From a candidate division FCPU426 bacterium (GTDB lineage Bacteria > Oederibacteriota > Muellerivitia > Muellerivitales > Muellerivitaceae): DNA of 64,000 nucleotides. Below are positions 19,921-29,451 of this stretch, one piece after another (the first letter of the stretch is position 1; every line of letters starts with the position of its first letter). The stretch spans positions 512,001 to 576,000 of the forward strand of contig CAVRAL010000004.1 in the NCBI GenBank assembly GCA_963719085.1. Direction: 5' to 3'. The translations under genes and the position numbers were made by a program. Under the pieces are notes generated by a model. That model was not told the DNA's origin. It searched no databases and saw only the letters and a program-made list of their open reading frames with translations.

Positions 19921-20502
19921 ATGAAAACCATTTGTGTTTATTGCGGTTCCAGTGCGGGGGCGAATCTGATTTACGGGGAGACCGCTGCCCATCTGGGCCG
20001 GCTTTTGGCGCGAAATCAGCTCAAGCTGGTTTACGGCGGCGGACGTATGGGGCTGATGGGCCAATTGGCGGATGCGGTTTTGGCTGAGGGCGGCCATGTC
20101 ATCGGCGTCATTCCCGAATCCTTGCGGCAAAAAGAACTGGCTCATCCCGCCTTAAGCGAACTTAAAGTGGTCAAAAGCATGCATGAGCGCAAAGCCGTCA
20201 TGGCCGAATTATCCGATGCTTTTTTGGCCCTGCCCGGAGGCTTCGGCACCTTGGACGAGATGATGGAAATCATCACCTGGACCCAATTGGGCTTCCAGGA
20301 TAAACCCATCGGTTTTTTGAATGTGGGCGGGTTTTATGACGCCCTTTTCCAATTCATCGATCGCGCGCGCGACGAGGGTTTTATCCACCCTCAAATGACA
20401 GCCGCCCTCCATCGGGAGGCTTCCCCTGAAACCTTGCTGAAAAAAATGAGCGCGGGGCCCGCCGCCGCCCTGAAGCCCGATTGGCCCCGAAAGGCGCCGT
20501 GA
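19921..20502 (+). CDS. LOG family nucleotide phosphoribohydrolase
   Basis: ICVYCGSS, LVYGGG, MHERK, PGGFGTLDE. Confidence 0.93.
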   Translation: MKTICVYCGSSAGANLIYGETAAHLGRLLARNQLKLVYGGGRMGLMGQLADAVLAEGGHVIGVIPESLRQKELAHPALSELKVVKSMHERKAVMAELSDAFLALPGGFGTLDEMMEIITWTQLGFQDKPIGFLNVGGFYDALFQFIDRARDEGFIHPQMTAALHREASPETLLKKMSAGPAAALKPDWPRKAP

Positions 20503-20558
20503 AACTTTTAGTGGTATTTCGCTCGATTCTTTTTTTATGATGATCCCATCCCTATTCG

Positions 20559-21044
20559 TTGGAGGCAGACTTGGAACCCCGTCTGGTCGAGCGCAAGGAA
20601 ATGCGGGTCATGGGCATCCGGGCCCGGACCCTGAACTTAAATGAAACCAACCTCAAGAGCGCCAAAATTCCGGCGCTTTGGAACCGTTTTTACGATGAGA
20701 ACATCAAGGCCAAAATTCCCCATCGGCTGGATCCGGACGTCATCCTGGGGGTCTATAGCTCTTATGAGAACGACTACCTGGGCGAATATGATCTTTTGAT
20801 CGGCGCCCAGGTCTCGAACTTGGAAATGATTCCGGGTCTTTCCAGCCAAATTATTTTGCCCTCCAAGTATCTGGTCTTTAAGGCCAAGGGCCAAATGCCC
20901 CGGGCGGTCATGGCCACTTGGGCCGAGATCTGGAACTATTTCGCCGCGAACTCAACGCCCCATCACCGTTCCTACGCGGCCGATTTCGAGTGGTACCACG
21001 CCGCCAAACCGTCTGAAGTCGACATATTCGTCTCCGTCAAATAA
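20559..21044 (+). CDS. GyrI-like small-molecule-binding domain protein
   Basis: GIRART, KIPALW, GVYSSYE, KYLVF, W..IW, DFEWY. Confidence 0.85.
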   Translation: MEADLEPRLVERKEMRVMGIRARTLNLNETNLKSAKIPALWNRFYDENIKAKIPHRLDPDVILGVYSSYENDYLGEYDLLIGAQVSNLEMIPGLSSQIILPSKYLVFKAKGQMPRAVMATWAEIWNYFAANSTPHHRSYAADFEWYHAAKPSEVDIFVSVK

Positions 21045-21057
21045 CGAAGGGGCCCGC

Positions 21058-21405
21058 GTGAAAATCATCGTTTACCAAAAACCCACCTGTACCACCTGCC
21101 GTCAGGTTTATAACGCCCTCAAGGAAAAAGGCGTCGATTTTAACGCGGTCAATTACTACCTGGAGCCCATCCCCAAAAAGAAACTGCTCGAGCTTTTAAA
21201 AAAAATGGGGATCCGCGCCAAGGAATTGCTTCGGACCAAGGAAGAAATTTATAAGAGCTTGAAGCTGGCTGAAAAGGACTTGTCCGAGGAAGCGCTGGTG
21301 GATTTGATGGTGAAGCACCCCGATTTAATCCAAAGACCTATCGTGGAAAAGGGCGCCAAGGCCATCCTGGCCAGGCCCGCCGAGCGGCTCAAGGAGATTT
21401 TATGA
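21058..21405 (+). CDS. ArsC/Spx family protein
   Basis: YQKPTCTTCR; HPDLIQRPIV; ARP. Confidence 0.9.
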   Translation: MKIIVYQKPTCTTCRQVYNALKEKGVDFNAVNYYLEPIPKKKLLELLKKMGIRAKELLRTKEEIYKSLKLAEKDLSEEALVDLMVKHPDLIQRPIVEKGAKAILARPAERLKEIL

Positions 21406-21914
21406 TCCCGCGCGCAATGGCTTTGCTCGCCTGGGCGTTCCTCTTAGGCTTGACCGCCGCCCAAGCCGGGGAAATTAAATGGCAAAAAAGCCCGATTGAG
21501 ACCCGCTGGTCTTTTTGGGGAATGGATTACACCCTGGCCGGCGAAAAACTGGAAAGTTTTCAGGATTTTTCCGACGCCCTCACGCCGATAAACGACGCCC
21601 GATGCGATCAACTGCTCGCCCAATCCCAAGACAGCGCCTTCTGGGGCGGAATAGGCCGGCTGGCCGGCACCCTGGGCGTGGGCTGGGGCGGGTTTCACCT
21701 CTTGTTCGACGATTCCCCCGCCCGCCGTTCCACCAACACGGCGGTTCTATTCACCGGCGTGGGGCTGGACCTGTTGGCCGCGCTTTTCCTCGAGGATAGT
21801 TCCCACGCCCGCTACAACGCCGTTCAGCGCTATGACACCGTGATCCGGGGTGAGGACGACGCGCTTCCGGCCGTATCCGTGGATGAAAAAAACCTGCTGC
21901 CCTCCTCAAAATAA
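21402..21914 (+). CDS. Hypothetical exported/membrane protein
   Basis: ATGA overlap with the upstream gene; signal peptide; two Gly-rich hydrophobic segments. Confidence 0.65.
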   Translation: MIPRAMALLAWAFLLGLTAAQAGEIKWQKSPIETRWSFWGMDYTLAGEKLESFQDFSDALTPINDARCDQLLAQSQDSAFWGGIGRLAGTLGVGWGGFHLLFDDSPARRSTNTAVLFTGVGLDLLAALFLEDSSHARYNAVQRYDTVIRGEDDALPAVSVDEKNLLPSSK

Positions 21915-21946
21915 AAAAAGGCGCCCCCGAAACCTCCGGGCGCGCC
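21914..21946 (-). terminator. Terminator between convergent genes
   Basis: A-run plus GGCGCCC...GGGCGCGCC stem. Confidence 0.5.
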
Positions 21947-21968
21947 CCTCGTCAAGAATAACAGGGCC

Positions 21969-23102
21969 TTAAGGCAGGCTGGACACCACCAAGGTCTTGG
22001 GCAGATCCACCGTGGCCGCCTGTGAAACCTCCACTGAGTCCTGGTCCAATCCTTCCGTTTGCGAAAGCTTTTGGATCCGGCTGTCCAGTCCTTCCGCTAT
22101 TTGAACTTTGCCGTCGCCCAAAAAATTCTGGGCGGTTTCATAAGCCTCCACGGCGTGGGCGGCGTCGTTTTTGCCCTGGTAATAATCCCCCAGCTGCGCG
22201 TAAACCCCGGCCTGACCCTGGTATTGCGGCCTTTCGTCCAAAGTCGAGGCGACTTTAAACTCCGCCATGCCTTCGGCCTTTTTGCCCATTTCCATGTAGA
22301 GGCATCCCTTTGCGTGGTGAATCTCAACGACCGCTTTCGAGGTCAGGTCCGAACCCAAACCCGTGGGCCGCAGGCTCAAAACCTGGTCCGCGAACATCAA
22401 ACCCTCCTGGTATTGGCGGGAGTAAAGAAAGGCCATCACATATTGGGATTCCACTTCCAAATAATCCGGATGGGGGATCATTTGAATGTCATGCAGCGAC
22501 TGCCGGGCTTCTTTCACGGTCTTGTCAAAGAAGTGGGGATACTGGAAGTCCGCCGGAACCAAGCTGTCGTTTTTCAGGACAAAAAGGTGCGGGGTGGGGT
22601 AACCGAAGTTGTCGGCCACCACGGCCTGCGCCCCATCGGGCATTTCGGAAACTTGCGGGTTGTTGCCCAAGTCGCCATGGCTCATCTCAAGGAAGCCCTT
22701 CCCGTTCCAGCGGAACACGTGAAACTGGGACTTCACCGCGCCAAAGTACGGGTTAAAAACCAGGTAAGGCACCGCGGGATGGGCCGCGTCTAAAAAAGAC
22801 ACACCCGGATGAGCCCCCGCGGGCGTCCAAATATGGTCGGCGCCGTTTTCTTGGAAGGACCAAAGGGTTTTCATTTCCTTGGACACCAAGGCCACCGCGC
22901 AAGCCCGGCCGGGCATTTGATAATAAACGATGGAGTCGGATTGCCCCACGCCCCGGATGTCATAAGCCGTGACTTGGGTAATTTGGGCTCCCGTCGGCAA
23001 AAGTCCCGCGAGGGCTTTCATGTTATCCACGGGCGCCCCGGCGAAAACCGCCCGGCCCGAGAAAATGGTAAAAAGGATGGTCAACCATGTCATGCGTTTC
23101 AT
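21969..23102 (-). CDS. Secreted protein with C-terminal TPR repeats
   Basis: RBS GAAGGAG; signal peptide; HHAKGCLYMEMGK..EGMAEFK and YAQLGDYY...AVEAYETA. Confidence 0.75.
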   Translation of the reverse strand: MKRMTWLTILFTIFSGRAVFAGAPVDNMKALAGLLPTGAQITQVTAYDIRGVGQSDSIVYYQMPGRACAVALVSKEMKTLWSFQENGADHIWTPAGAHPGVSFLDAAHPAVPYLVFNPYFGAVKSQFHVFRWNGKGFLEMSHGDLGNNPQVSEMPDGAQAVVADNFGYPTPHLFVLKNDSLVPADFQYPHFFDKTVKEARQSLHDIQMIPHPDYLEVESQYVMAFLYSRQYQEGLMFADQVLSLRPTGLGSDLTSKAVVEIHHAKGCLYMEMGKKAEGMAEFKVASTLDERPQYQGQAGVYAQLGDYYQGKNDAAHAVEAYETAQNFLGDGKVQIAEGLDSRIQKLSQTEGLDQDSVEVSQAATVDLPKTLVVSSLP

Positions 23103-23127
23103 ATGCGTCTCCTTCGTTTTTTAACTT

Positions 23128-23607
23128 CTATTTCCACAACCGAACTTCAACCAACGACAAGCTAGCCAGCAGGCGGCAAGCGCGCGCCGGTTCCACTTCC
23201 GGTCCCCGATGAAGGTCTGAACCCAAAAGGGTCCAATCCGAGGGGAAAAAAGAATTCTGGTTTTCAGCCTCATGCCGCATCTGCCTCAAAAACCGGGCGG
23301 CCAAATGATCCAACGCTTCCAACGGGCTTAAAAGGGCCTGTCCCGAAACGCGGGTACATTGGGATAAAAGGCCGGCGAAATCCTGGGCGGACCTGATCTG
23401 AAGCGTCATCCCGGTGGCGGCGGACTCAAAGGAACGGTCGAGAAAAAGGTTGGAAGCCTTGATATTAAAGCTGTCCACGGAAAGAATGGAAATGTCGCCG
23501 AAGGGCTTGAGCGCGGCTTCGAACATTTTCAAGATTTGGGCTTGGGACGGGATCCACAAGGCCCCGTTATTTTCGATGGAAGAGTTTTTCATTTGGGTCA
23601 CCGACAT
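23128..23607 (-). CDS. Hypothetical protein, possible degenerate CheX-like fold
   Basis: Follows a sigma54 promoter. C-terminal P..AC.LL....VEVRLW resembles the end of the 25393 product. Confidence 0.55.
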   Translation of the reverse strand: MSVTQMKNSSIENNGALWIPSQAQILKMFEAALKPFGDISILSVDSFNIKASNLFLDRSFESAATGMTLQIRSAQDFAGLLSQCTRVSGQALLSPLEALDHLAARFLRQMRHEAENQNSFFPSDWTLLGSDLHRGPEVEPARACRLLASLSLVEVRLWK

Positions 23608-23651
23608 TTCGCTTGTCCTGACTTTTTATTTCAATAACACCCTTACCTAAG

Positions 23652-23666
23652 GCAACTGTCGTGCCA
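23652..23666 (-). promoter_or_regulatory. sigma54 -24/-12 promoter
   Basis: Minus strand reads TGGCACGACAGTTGC, matching TGGCAC-N5-TTGC. Confidence 0.85.
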
Positions 23667-23702
23667 ACAAGAACTGGATTTTTCCCAGTGAAAAAGAACC
23701 CG

Positions 23703-23752
23703 GGGTAAGACTTGTACCCGGTAAAAATGGACGCCTGGGTATTTTTTACCCA
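23703..23752. promoter_or_regulatory. Candidate upstream activator sites
   Basis: TGGGTA-TTTTT-TACCCA (23736-23752) and GGGTA-N7-TACCC (23703-23719). Confidence 0.55.
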
Positions 23753-23902
23753 TTCTTTTTTGTTTTTTTGCCTTAAAAATGGCATTCGGAATATGTCCCT
23801 TGTTTTTTAGGTCTTTTTCCGCATTCGCGCCTGGGACAGGTCGCGGGAAATTGCTAGAATTGCGTCGAAACAACATTCGATTTTCAAAGGGAAAGCGTAA
23901 CC

Positions 23903-25246
23903 ATGAAAATCCTCGTGATTGATGATGAAGAATCCCTAGCCAAGATTCTTTCCAAATATCTTCAACAGAATGGCCATGAAGTCGGAACCGCGCACTCGGG
24001 CCGGGAAGGCATCGAGAAAGCCTCCGTGCTTCAACCCGACGTCATTTTATTGGACCTGCATTTGCCTGATTGGTCGGGGATGGAAGTTTTATCCAAACTT
24101 AATGAGAACTTATCCTCCGCCTCGATTGTGGTCATCACCGGCTCCGGCTCGGTGGACTCCGCGGTCCAGGCCATGCGCATGGGCGCCGAAGACTACCTGG
24201 AAAAACCCATCGACCTTGAGAAACTCAAAATTGTCGTGAAAAAGATCGGGGAAAAACAGGGCTTGATCGCTGAGGTTCAATCGCTGAAACGCCAGCAAAG
24301 GGATCTTTACCGCAAAGATTATCTTTTCCTCACCGACCCGGCCATGCAGAAAATTTATGAGCAAATTGAGCAGGTGGCCCGGCAGGAAAAAGTGACCGCG
24401 CTGATTCTGGGCGAGACCGGGACCGGAAAAGAACATGTGGCCCGTTTGATCCATTCGCTGTCCCCCCGGCTGGCCAAACCCTTCGTGGAACTGCACTGCG
24501 GGTCCCTTCCCGAATCGATCCTGGAATCCGAGCTCTTCGGCTATGAACCCGGCGCTTTTACCGACGCTAAAAAACAGAAAATGGGGCTCTTTGAGGAGGC
24601 CCAAGGCGGCAGCCTATTTTTGGACGAAATCGGCGAGCTCACCCCCACCGTCCAAACCAAGCTCCTCAAGGTCCTTGAGCAAAAAAACATCCGCCGCTTG
24701 GGCGGAACCCGGGAGATCCCGTTGGATGTCCGGGTCATCACCGCCACCCACCGGGATTTGGAAAAAGAGGTCAAGGAAGGCCGGTTCCGCGCCGATTTAT
24801 ATTACCGGTTAAACGTCATTCCCTTTACCATTCCACCTTTACGGTCCCGGCCCAATGATATCGCCCAATTGGCCAATTTTTTTCTCCAGGAATCCTGTCA
24901 GGCTTTTGATAAAAAATTAAGCCTTCTTTCTGACGAGGTTTTACAAATATTAAAAAATTACTCCTGGCCTGGAAACGTCCGGGAGCTGAAACATGTGATC
25001 GAACGGCTGGTCGTGACGGCCAAGGGGAAATCCCTGACGGTGAAGGATTTGCCGAAGGAAATCCGCGAGGCCAAGGCGGGCGGCGCAGCGAGCGCCCGGG
25101 GATCGCTTCCCAAAACGGAGGCGGAAAAGCAAAATATCCAAAAGGCGCTTCTGGAAACCAACGGCAATAAATCAAAGGCCGCCGACCGCCTGGGCATCAC
25201 CCGTAAAACCTTGTTTAATAAAATGAAACGCTATAACCTCAAATAA
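23903..25246 (+). CDS. sigma54-dependent response regulator (REC-AAA+-Fis HTH)
   Basis: ILVIDDE, GETGTGKE, ESELFG, GAFTDA, FLDEIGE, FRADLYYRL, WPGNVREL, HTH. Confidence 0.96.
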   Translation: MKILVIDDEESLAKILSKYLQQNGHEVGTAHSGREGIEKASVLQPDVILLDLHLPDWSGMEVLSKLNENLSSASIVVITGSGSVDSAVQAMRMGAEDYLEKPIDLEKLKIVVKKIGEKQGLIAEVQSLKRQQRDLYRKDYLFLTDPAMQKIYEQIEQVARQEKVTALILGETGTGKEHVARLIHSLSPRLAKPFVELHCGSLPESILESELFGYEPGAFTDAKKQKMGLFEEAQGGSLFLDEIGELTPTVQTKLLKVLEQKNIRRLGGTREIPLDVRVITATHRDLEKEVKEGRFRADLYYRLNVIPFTIPPLRSRPNDIAQLANFFLQESCQAFDKKLSLLSDEVLQILKNYSWPGNVRELKHVIERLVVTAKGKSLTVKDLPKEIREAKAGGAASARGSLPKTEAEKQNIQKALLETNGNKSKAADRLGITRKTLFNKMKRYNLK

Positions 25247-25250
25247 GCCG

Positions 25251-25287
25251 GTGGATAAAAGTTTCCCCTTGGGAAAAATCAATCCAC
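25251..25287. promoter_or_regulatory. Candidate tandem upstream activator sites
   Basis: GTGGATAAAAGTTTCCC-CTT-GGGAAAAATCAATCCAC. Each half resembles TGGGTA-N5-TACCCA. Confidence 0.5.
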
Positions 25288-25349
25288 CCGGAATTTGCCT
25301 TTTGTCCCGCGGGCGGCGTTAAACCCCCGCTTTTTCCCCGCAAACCTTT

Positions 25350-25364
25350 TGGCACCGCTCTTGC
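25350..25364 (+). promoter_or_regulatory. sigma54 -24/-12 promoter
   Basis: TGGCACCGCTCTTGC. Confidence 0.85.
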
Positions 25365-25392
25365 TTTATTACCCCTCGTCTCTTGAAAGGGG

Positions 25393-25890
25393 TTGAGCTT
25401 GTTGACCATCATTGAAAACAACCAAACCTGCCTGGCCACTTTGCCCTCTCCCGAGGATTTAATGCTTTTGTTTGAGCGCTTTACGGCCTACTGGTATGGG
25501 GAACCGGTTCATTTAACGGGTCTTCTGGACGCTTCTTTTAGCCCCGAATCCTCCGAGTTTACCTTGGAGTGGTCCGGCTTGGCCCCGGGACGCTTGAATT
25601 TACGGTTTGACCCCTCTTTTTACCTTTGGCTGGTTCGTAAGCGGGATTTCAAACGGATTAATCTTTATACCGAGAATGAGCTGTTAAAGGAAATTACGGC
25701 CCTCTACGGCCTTTATTTGATTCGGTATTTTTCGATGGCCGATTTGGCGGAAACCGGCCCCCTCCAGCCCCGGCGTCAAGCCGCGGCGGAACTCCCCGAC
25801 CGGAACCCCGATTCCCAAATTTTTTTAAAAGTGGAGCAATGCCCGGTGGAAATTAAACTTTGGCTTCAGTCCCCCAAGACTCCGGCCTGA
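25393..25890 (+). CDS. Hypothetical protein, possible degenerate CheX-like fold
   Basis: RBS GAAAGGGG and TTG start; LEWSGLAPGRLNLRF, ELLKEITAL, PVEIKLW. Confidence 0.6.
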   Translation: MSLLTIIENNQTCLATLPSPEDLMLLFERFTAYWYGEPVHLTGLLDASFSPESSEFTLEWSGLAPGRLNLRFDPSFYLWLVRKRDFKRINLYTENELLKEITALYGLYLIRYFSMADLAETGPLQPRRQAAAELPDRNPDSQIFLKVEQCPVEIKLWLQSPKTPA

Positions 25891-25891
25891 G

Positions 25892-28800
25892 TTAGCGGCT
25901 GTCCAAAACCTGTCGGATCTTTTGGGCTAGTTCCTCGGCCGTAAAGGGCTTCTGAAGCAAGTGGATGCCGGGGTCCAAGGTTCCCTGGCGGGCCAAAACT
26001 TCCTGAGGATATCCGGACATAAAGATCACTTTCATCTTGGGCCTGGATTTTTTAAGTTTTTGGGCCAATTCTTTTCCATTCATCTTGGGCATCACCGTAT
26101 CGGTCAAGAGCAGGTGGATGGGGCCGGGGGTCTCTTGGGATCTTTTCAACGCCGTTTCGCCGTGGTCGGCTTCCAGCAGCTGGTAGCCTTGTTTTTCCAG
26201 GATGCGCAGAACGATCTTGCGCACCGGTTCCTCGTCCTCGGCCACTAAAATGGTTTCCGTGCCCATGGGCAAAAGGGGCATTTGTTCGGCTTTAGATTTA
26301 GGCGCCTTTCCCGAGGTTTCCGCCGGGAAAAAAATCGTGAAGGTGGTTCCCAATCCCGGATGGCTTTCCAAGCTGATGTGGCCCCGGGCTTGATGAACAA
26401 TGCCATAAACCGTGGAAAGTCCCAGTCCCGTCCCCTTGTCCGCCTTAGTGGTGAAAAAAGGCTCGAAGACTCTTTTTTGAACTTCCGGGGTCATCCCAAT
26501 TCCCGTGTCGGTCACCCAAAGCTTCACATATCCCCCGGCTTGAAGCTCGGGATGTTTGGCCAAGTCCGGATCGGCGGAACTGACGTTCCGGGTGCGCAAA
26601 ACCAACCGTCCCCCCTGGGGCATGGCGTCCCGGGCGTTGAGCGCCAAATTGAGGATGACTTGCTGGATTTGGATCGGGTCCGCTTGGATCGTCCACAAGC
26701 CCGGCTCGGGCTCAATCACGATCTCAATGGGGGCGTCGATAAGCCGGCGCAGCATCTTATTCATCTCGGCCACCGTATCGTTCAGTCTGAAGGGAAGTCG
26801 GCTGGGAAACCTGTTTTTGGCCAAAGACCAGCAGTTGGCGGGTCAGGTCCGCGCCGCGCCGTACCGCCTTTTGAATTTCCATCAGTTCTTCGCGCTGGGA
26901 GGAGTCCTCGGGCAAGCCGGACATTAAAAACTCGGCGTTGCCGCCGATCACGCTGAGTAAATTGTTGAAGTCATGCGCCACCCCGCCGGCGAGCCTTCCG
27001 ATGGCGTCCATTTTTTGAACCAGCCGCATCCGTTCTTCTTGTTTGCGCAGGGCTTCTTGCGCGCTTTTTTCCTTGGTCAAGTCCCGGTAAATCACCGAGA
27101 TGCCCGTGACTTTTCCCCCCGCGTTAAGAATGGGGCAAAGATTGACGGTCACTTCCACCGGATCGCCGTTCTCTTTTAAACGAACCGTCTCGTAATCGGA
27201 GACGTTTTCGCCTTTACCCACCCGGCTCCAAAGACCGCGCATTTCCTCAATCAAGTCCGGCGGCGCCAGCATAAAAATCGACCGGCCCAAAATTTTGGCC
27301 TCGGGGTAACCAAAAAGTTTTTCCGCGCCTCGGTTCCAAACCGTGACCACGCCCTCTAAATCGGTGCTGGAAACCGCGGCGGAGGTTTGCTCCAGGATGG
27401 CCGCCAGTTCGGACAGGGCGCTCTCATTTTTTTTACGCTCGGTCACGTCCTCCGCCATGCCCAGCCCATGGAGGGCCTCGCCCTTTTCGTTGCGGATCAG
27501 CGTGGCGAAAAGGTTGACCCAAACGATCTGTTTATCCTTGCGGATATAGCGCTTTTCCATGGCGTAGCTGTCAATTTCCCCCGAAATCAAATGTTGGTAT
27601 TGCTGAACGTCCAGCCCAATGTCGGGGGGATAGGTGATGTCGATGAAGGACTTGCCGGCCAGTTCCTCCGCCGGGTAGCCCACGAGGGCGCAAAAACGCG
27701 GATTGGCCATCAGGATCTTGGCGTCCAGCCCCACCAGGCAGATGCCCACTGGGCTGTTCTCGAAGATCCGCCGGAAACGCTCCTCGCTTTCCCGCAGGGC
27801 CCGCTCAGCCTTTTTGCGCTCGTCGATCAGCTCGCCCATCAGGCAAACACCGGCCACTTCCCCCTTCGATCCGTAAACCGGGTTATAGGTCACCTCATAC
27901 CAATGGTCCGATCCATCCTGATTGTGGTATTGGCTTTCGAGCCGCAAAGTCTTTCCCGCTAGGGCTTGATCAAACCTTTGTTGGATCATCGCTTGGTGGG
28001 GCCGGGGGGCGTAATCCATTAGTTTTTTCCCCAACTCAAAGGGCGGACCCCCAAGGGCCACTGAGGTTTGGCTGGCCTTATCGTTAAAAGCCACCAGCCG
28101 GCCCTCCAAATCGGTGAGTGAGATTGATTGGACGCTATTGTTGAAGATGGCCCGCAGGTTTCCCTCGGACTGCCTCAATACCTCTTCAGCCTTCTTTTTT
28201 TCCGTGATGTCATGGTAATGCACCACGATTCCCTGCAACCCCGGCGCGAAATAGGTGTGGCTCATCGCCGCCCCTTCCAGGAGCCGCCAGGAGCCGTTTT
28301 TGTGCTTGAAGCGGAATTCCACCCTCCGCTCGCGGCCCGGCGCCTCAAAAAGGTCCTTTAAGGCCTGGGATACCTGGGCGGCATCATCCGGATGAATGAG
28401 CTCAAAACAATTTTTTCCCGTCCGTTCCTCAGGGCTATAGCCCAACATGGGTTGAATCGAGGGGCTCAGATAGGAAGTGACGCCGTCTTTTTCCACGATG
28501 CAAACGCCGTCCAGCGCGTTTTCAATGAGCGCCCGGAACCACTCGCCCCTTTGCTTGAGTTCCTGGGTAATCTGAAAGCGCTCCAAGGCGTAACGGATCG
28601 CTCGCTGAAGCTGGTCCGCGGTCAAGGATCCCTTGAGCAGATAATCGGCGGCGCCCCGGGCGATGGCCTCCCGGTTCAATTCCGGGCTTCCGATTCCGGC
28701 CAAAAGCAAAATCGGCGCCGGGCAGGGGATCATCGCGGCGTCCCTTAAAAAATCCAGGCCGGACTGGGGGCCTAATAAATAATCCACCAAGTAAAGGTCG

Positions 28801-28994
28801 TGCCCGCCCTTTCGAACCGCCTCAATCCCCGCTTCAAACGACGGGATCCAATCCACGTCATACCCCGGGTCCTTGAACCCGGACAAGAGGCGTTGAACCG
28901 CCTCGAAATCCTGGCGGTCATCATCGACCATTAAAATCCGGATATTTTTAAGGCTGTTCAAGGGCGTCATTCTCGGGAAGTTCCACGATCTCAA
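25892..28994 (-). pseudogene. Hybrid sensor kinase (REC-4xPAS-HisKA-HATPase-REC) split by a 1-nt frameshift near 26786-26795
   Basis: Upstream frame carries AGGVAHDFNNLL...LLVFGQKQVSQPTSL and then stops. The other frame continues LNDTVAEMNKMLRRLI...NARDAM...FEPFFTTK...GTGLGL, then REC. Confidence 0.85.
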
Positions 28995-29430
28995 GCCAAT
29001 AACATTTAAGCGAATTCATGACCTTCACCAATCCCTCAAAGGTCACCGGCTTGGTGATATAGGAATTGGCCCCCAGGTTATAACCTTTTAGGATGTCCTC
29101 TTCGGCCTTGGACGTGGTGAGAATAACGATCGGGATCTTTTTTAAGTCGGAGTCGCTTTTAATAACCTTCAAGGCCTCCCGGCCGTCAATTTTAGGCATA
29201 TTCAGGTCCAAAAGCACGAAACAGGGCCGAACCGCGTCCTGGTATCGGCCTTGACGCCTCAGGTATTGCAAAAGCTCTTCCCCGTCCGCCACGGTCACTA
29301 ATGGATTGGCGACCCGGTTTTCCCTTAAGGCCTTTTCCACCATCATCTTGTCGTCCCCGTCATCATCCGCGATGAGGATGGGGGCAAATGTTCCCGCGAG
29401 TGTCATATTCTTTTCCTTTCGCTCCATCAA
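28948..29430 (-). CDS. Single-domain response regulator (Rcp1-like)
   Basis: ILIADDD, LLDLNMPK, PIVILTTS, GANSYITKP. Confidence 0.93.
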   Translation of the reverse strand: MMERKEKNMTLAGTFAPILIADDDGDDKMMVEKALRENRVANPLVTVADGEELLQYLRRQGRYQDAVRPCFVLLDLNMPKIDGREALKVIKSDSDLKKIPIVILTTSKAEEDILKGYNLGANSYITKPVTFEGLVKVMNSLKCYWLEIVELPENDALEQP

Positions 29431-29451
29431 ATTTAGGCTTCTTCCCGATTT

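Noticed and set aside
24540..24575. GAFTDA instead of GAFTGA as a sign of a sigma54-independent activator
   Set aside because: The critical F and T are retained and consensus sigma54 promoters flank the gene.
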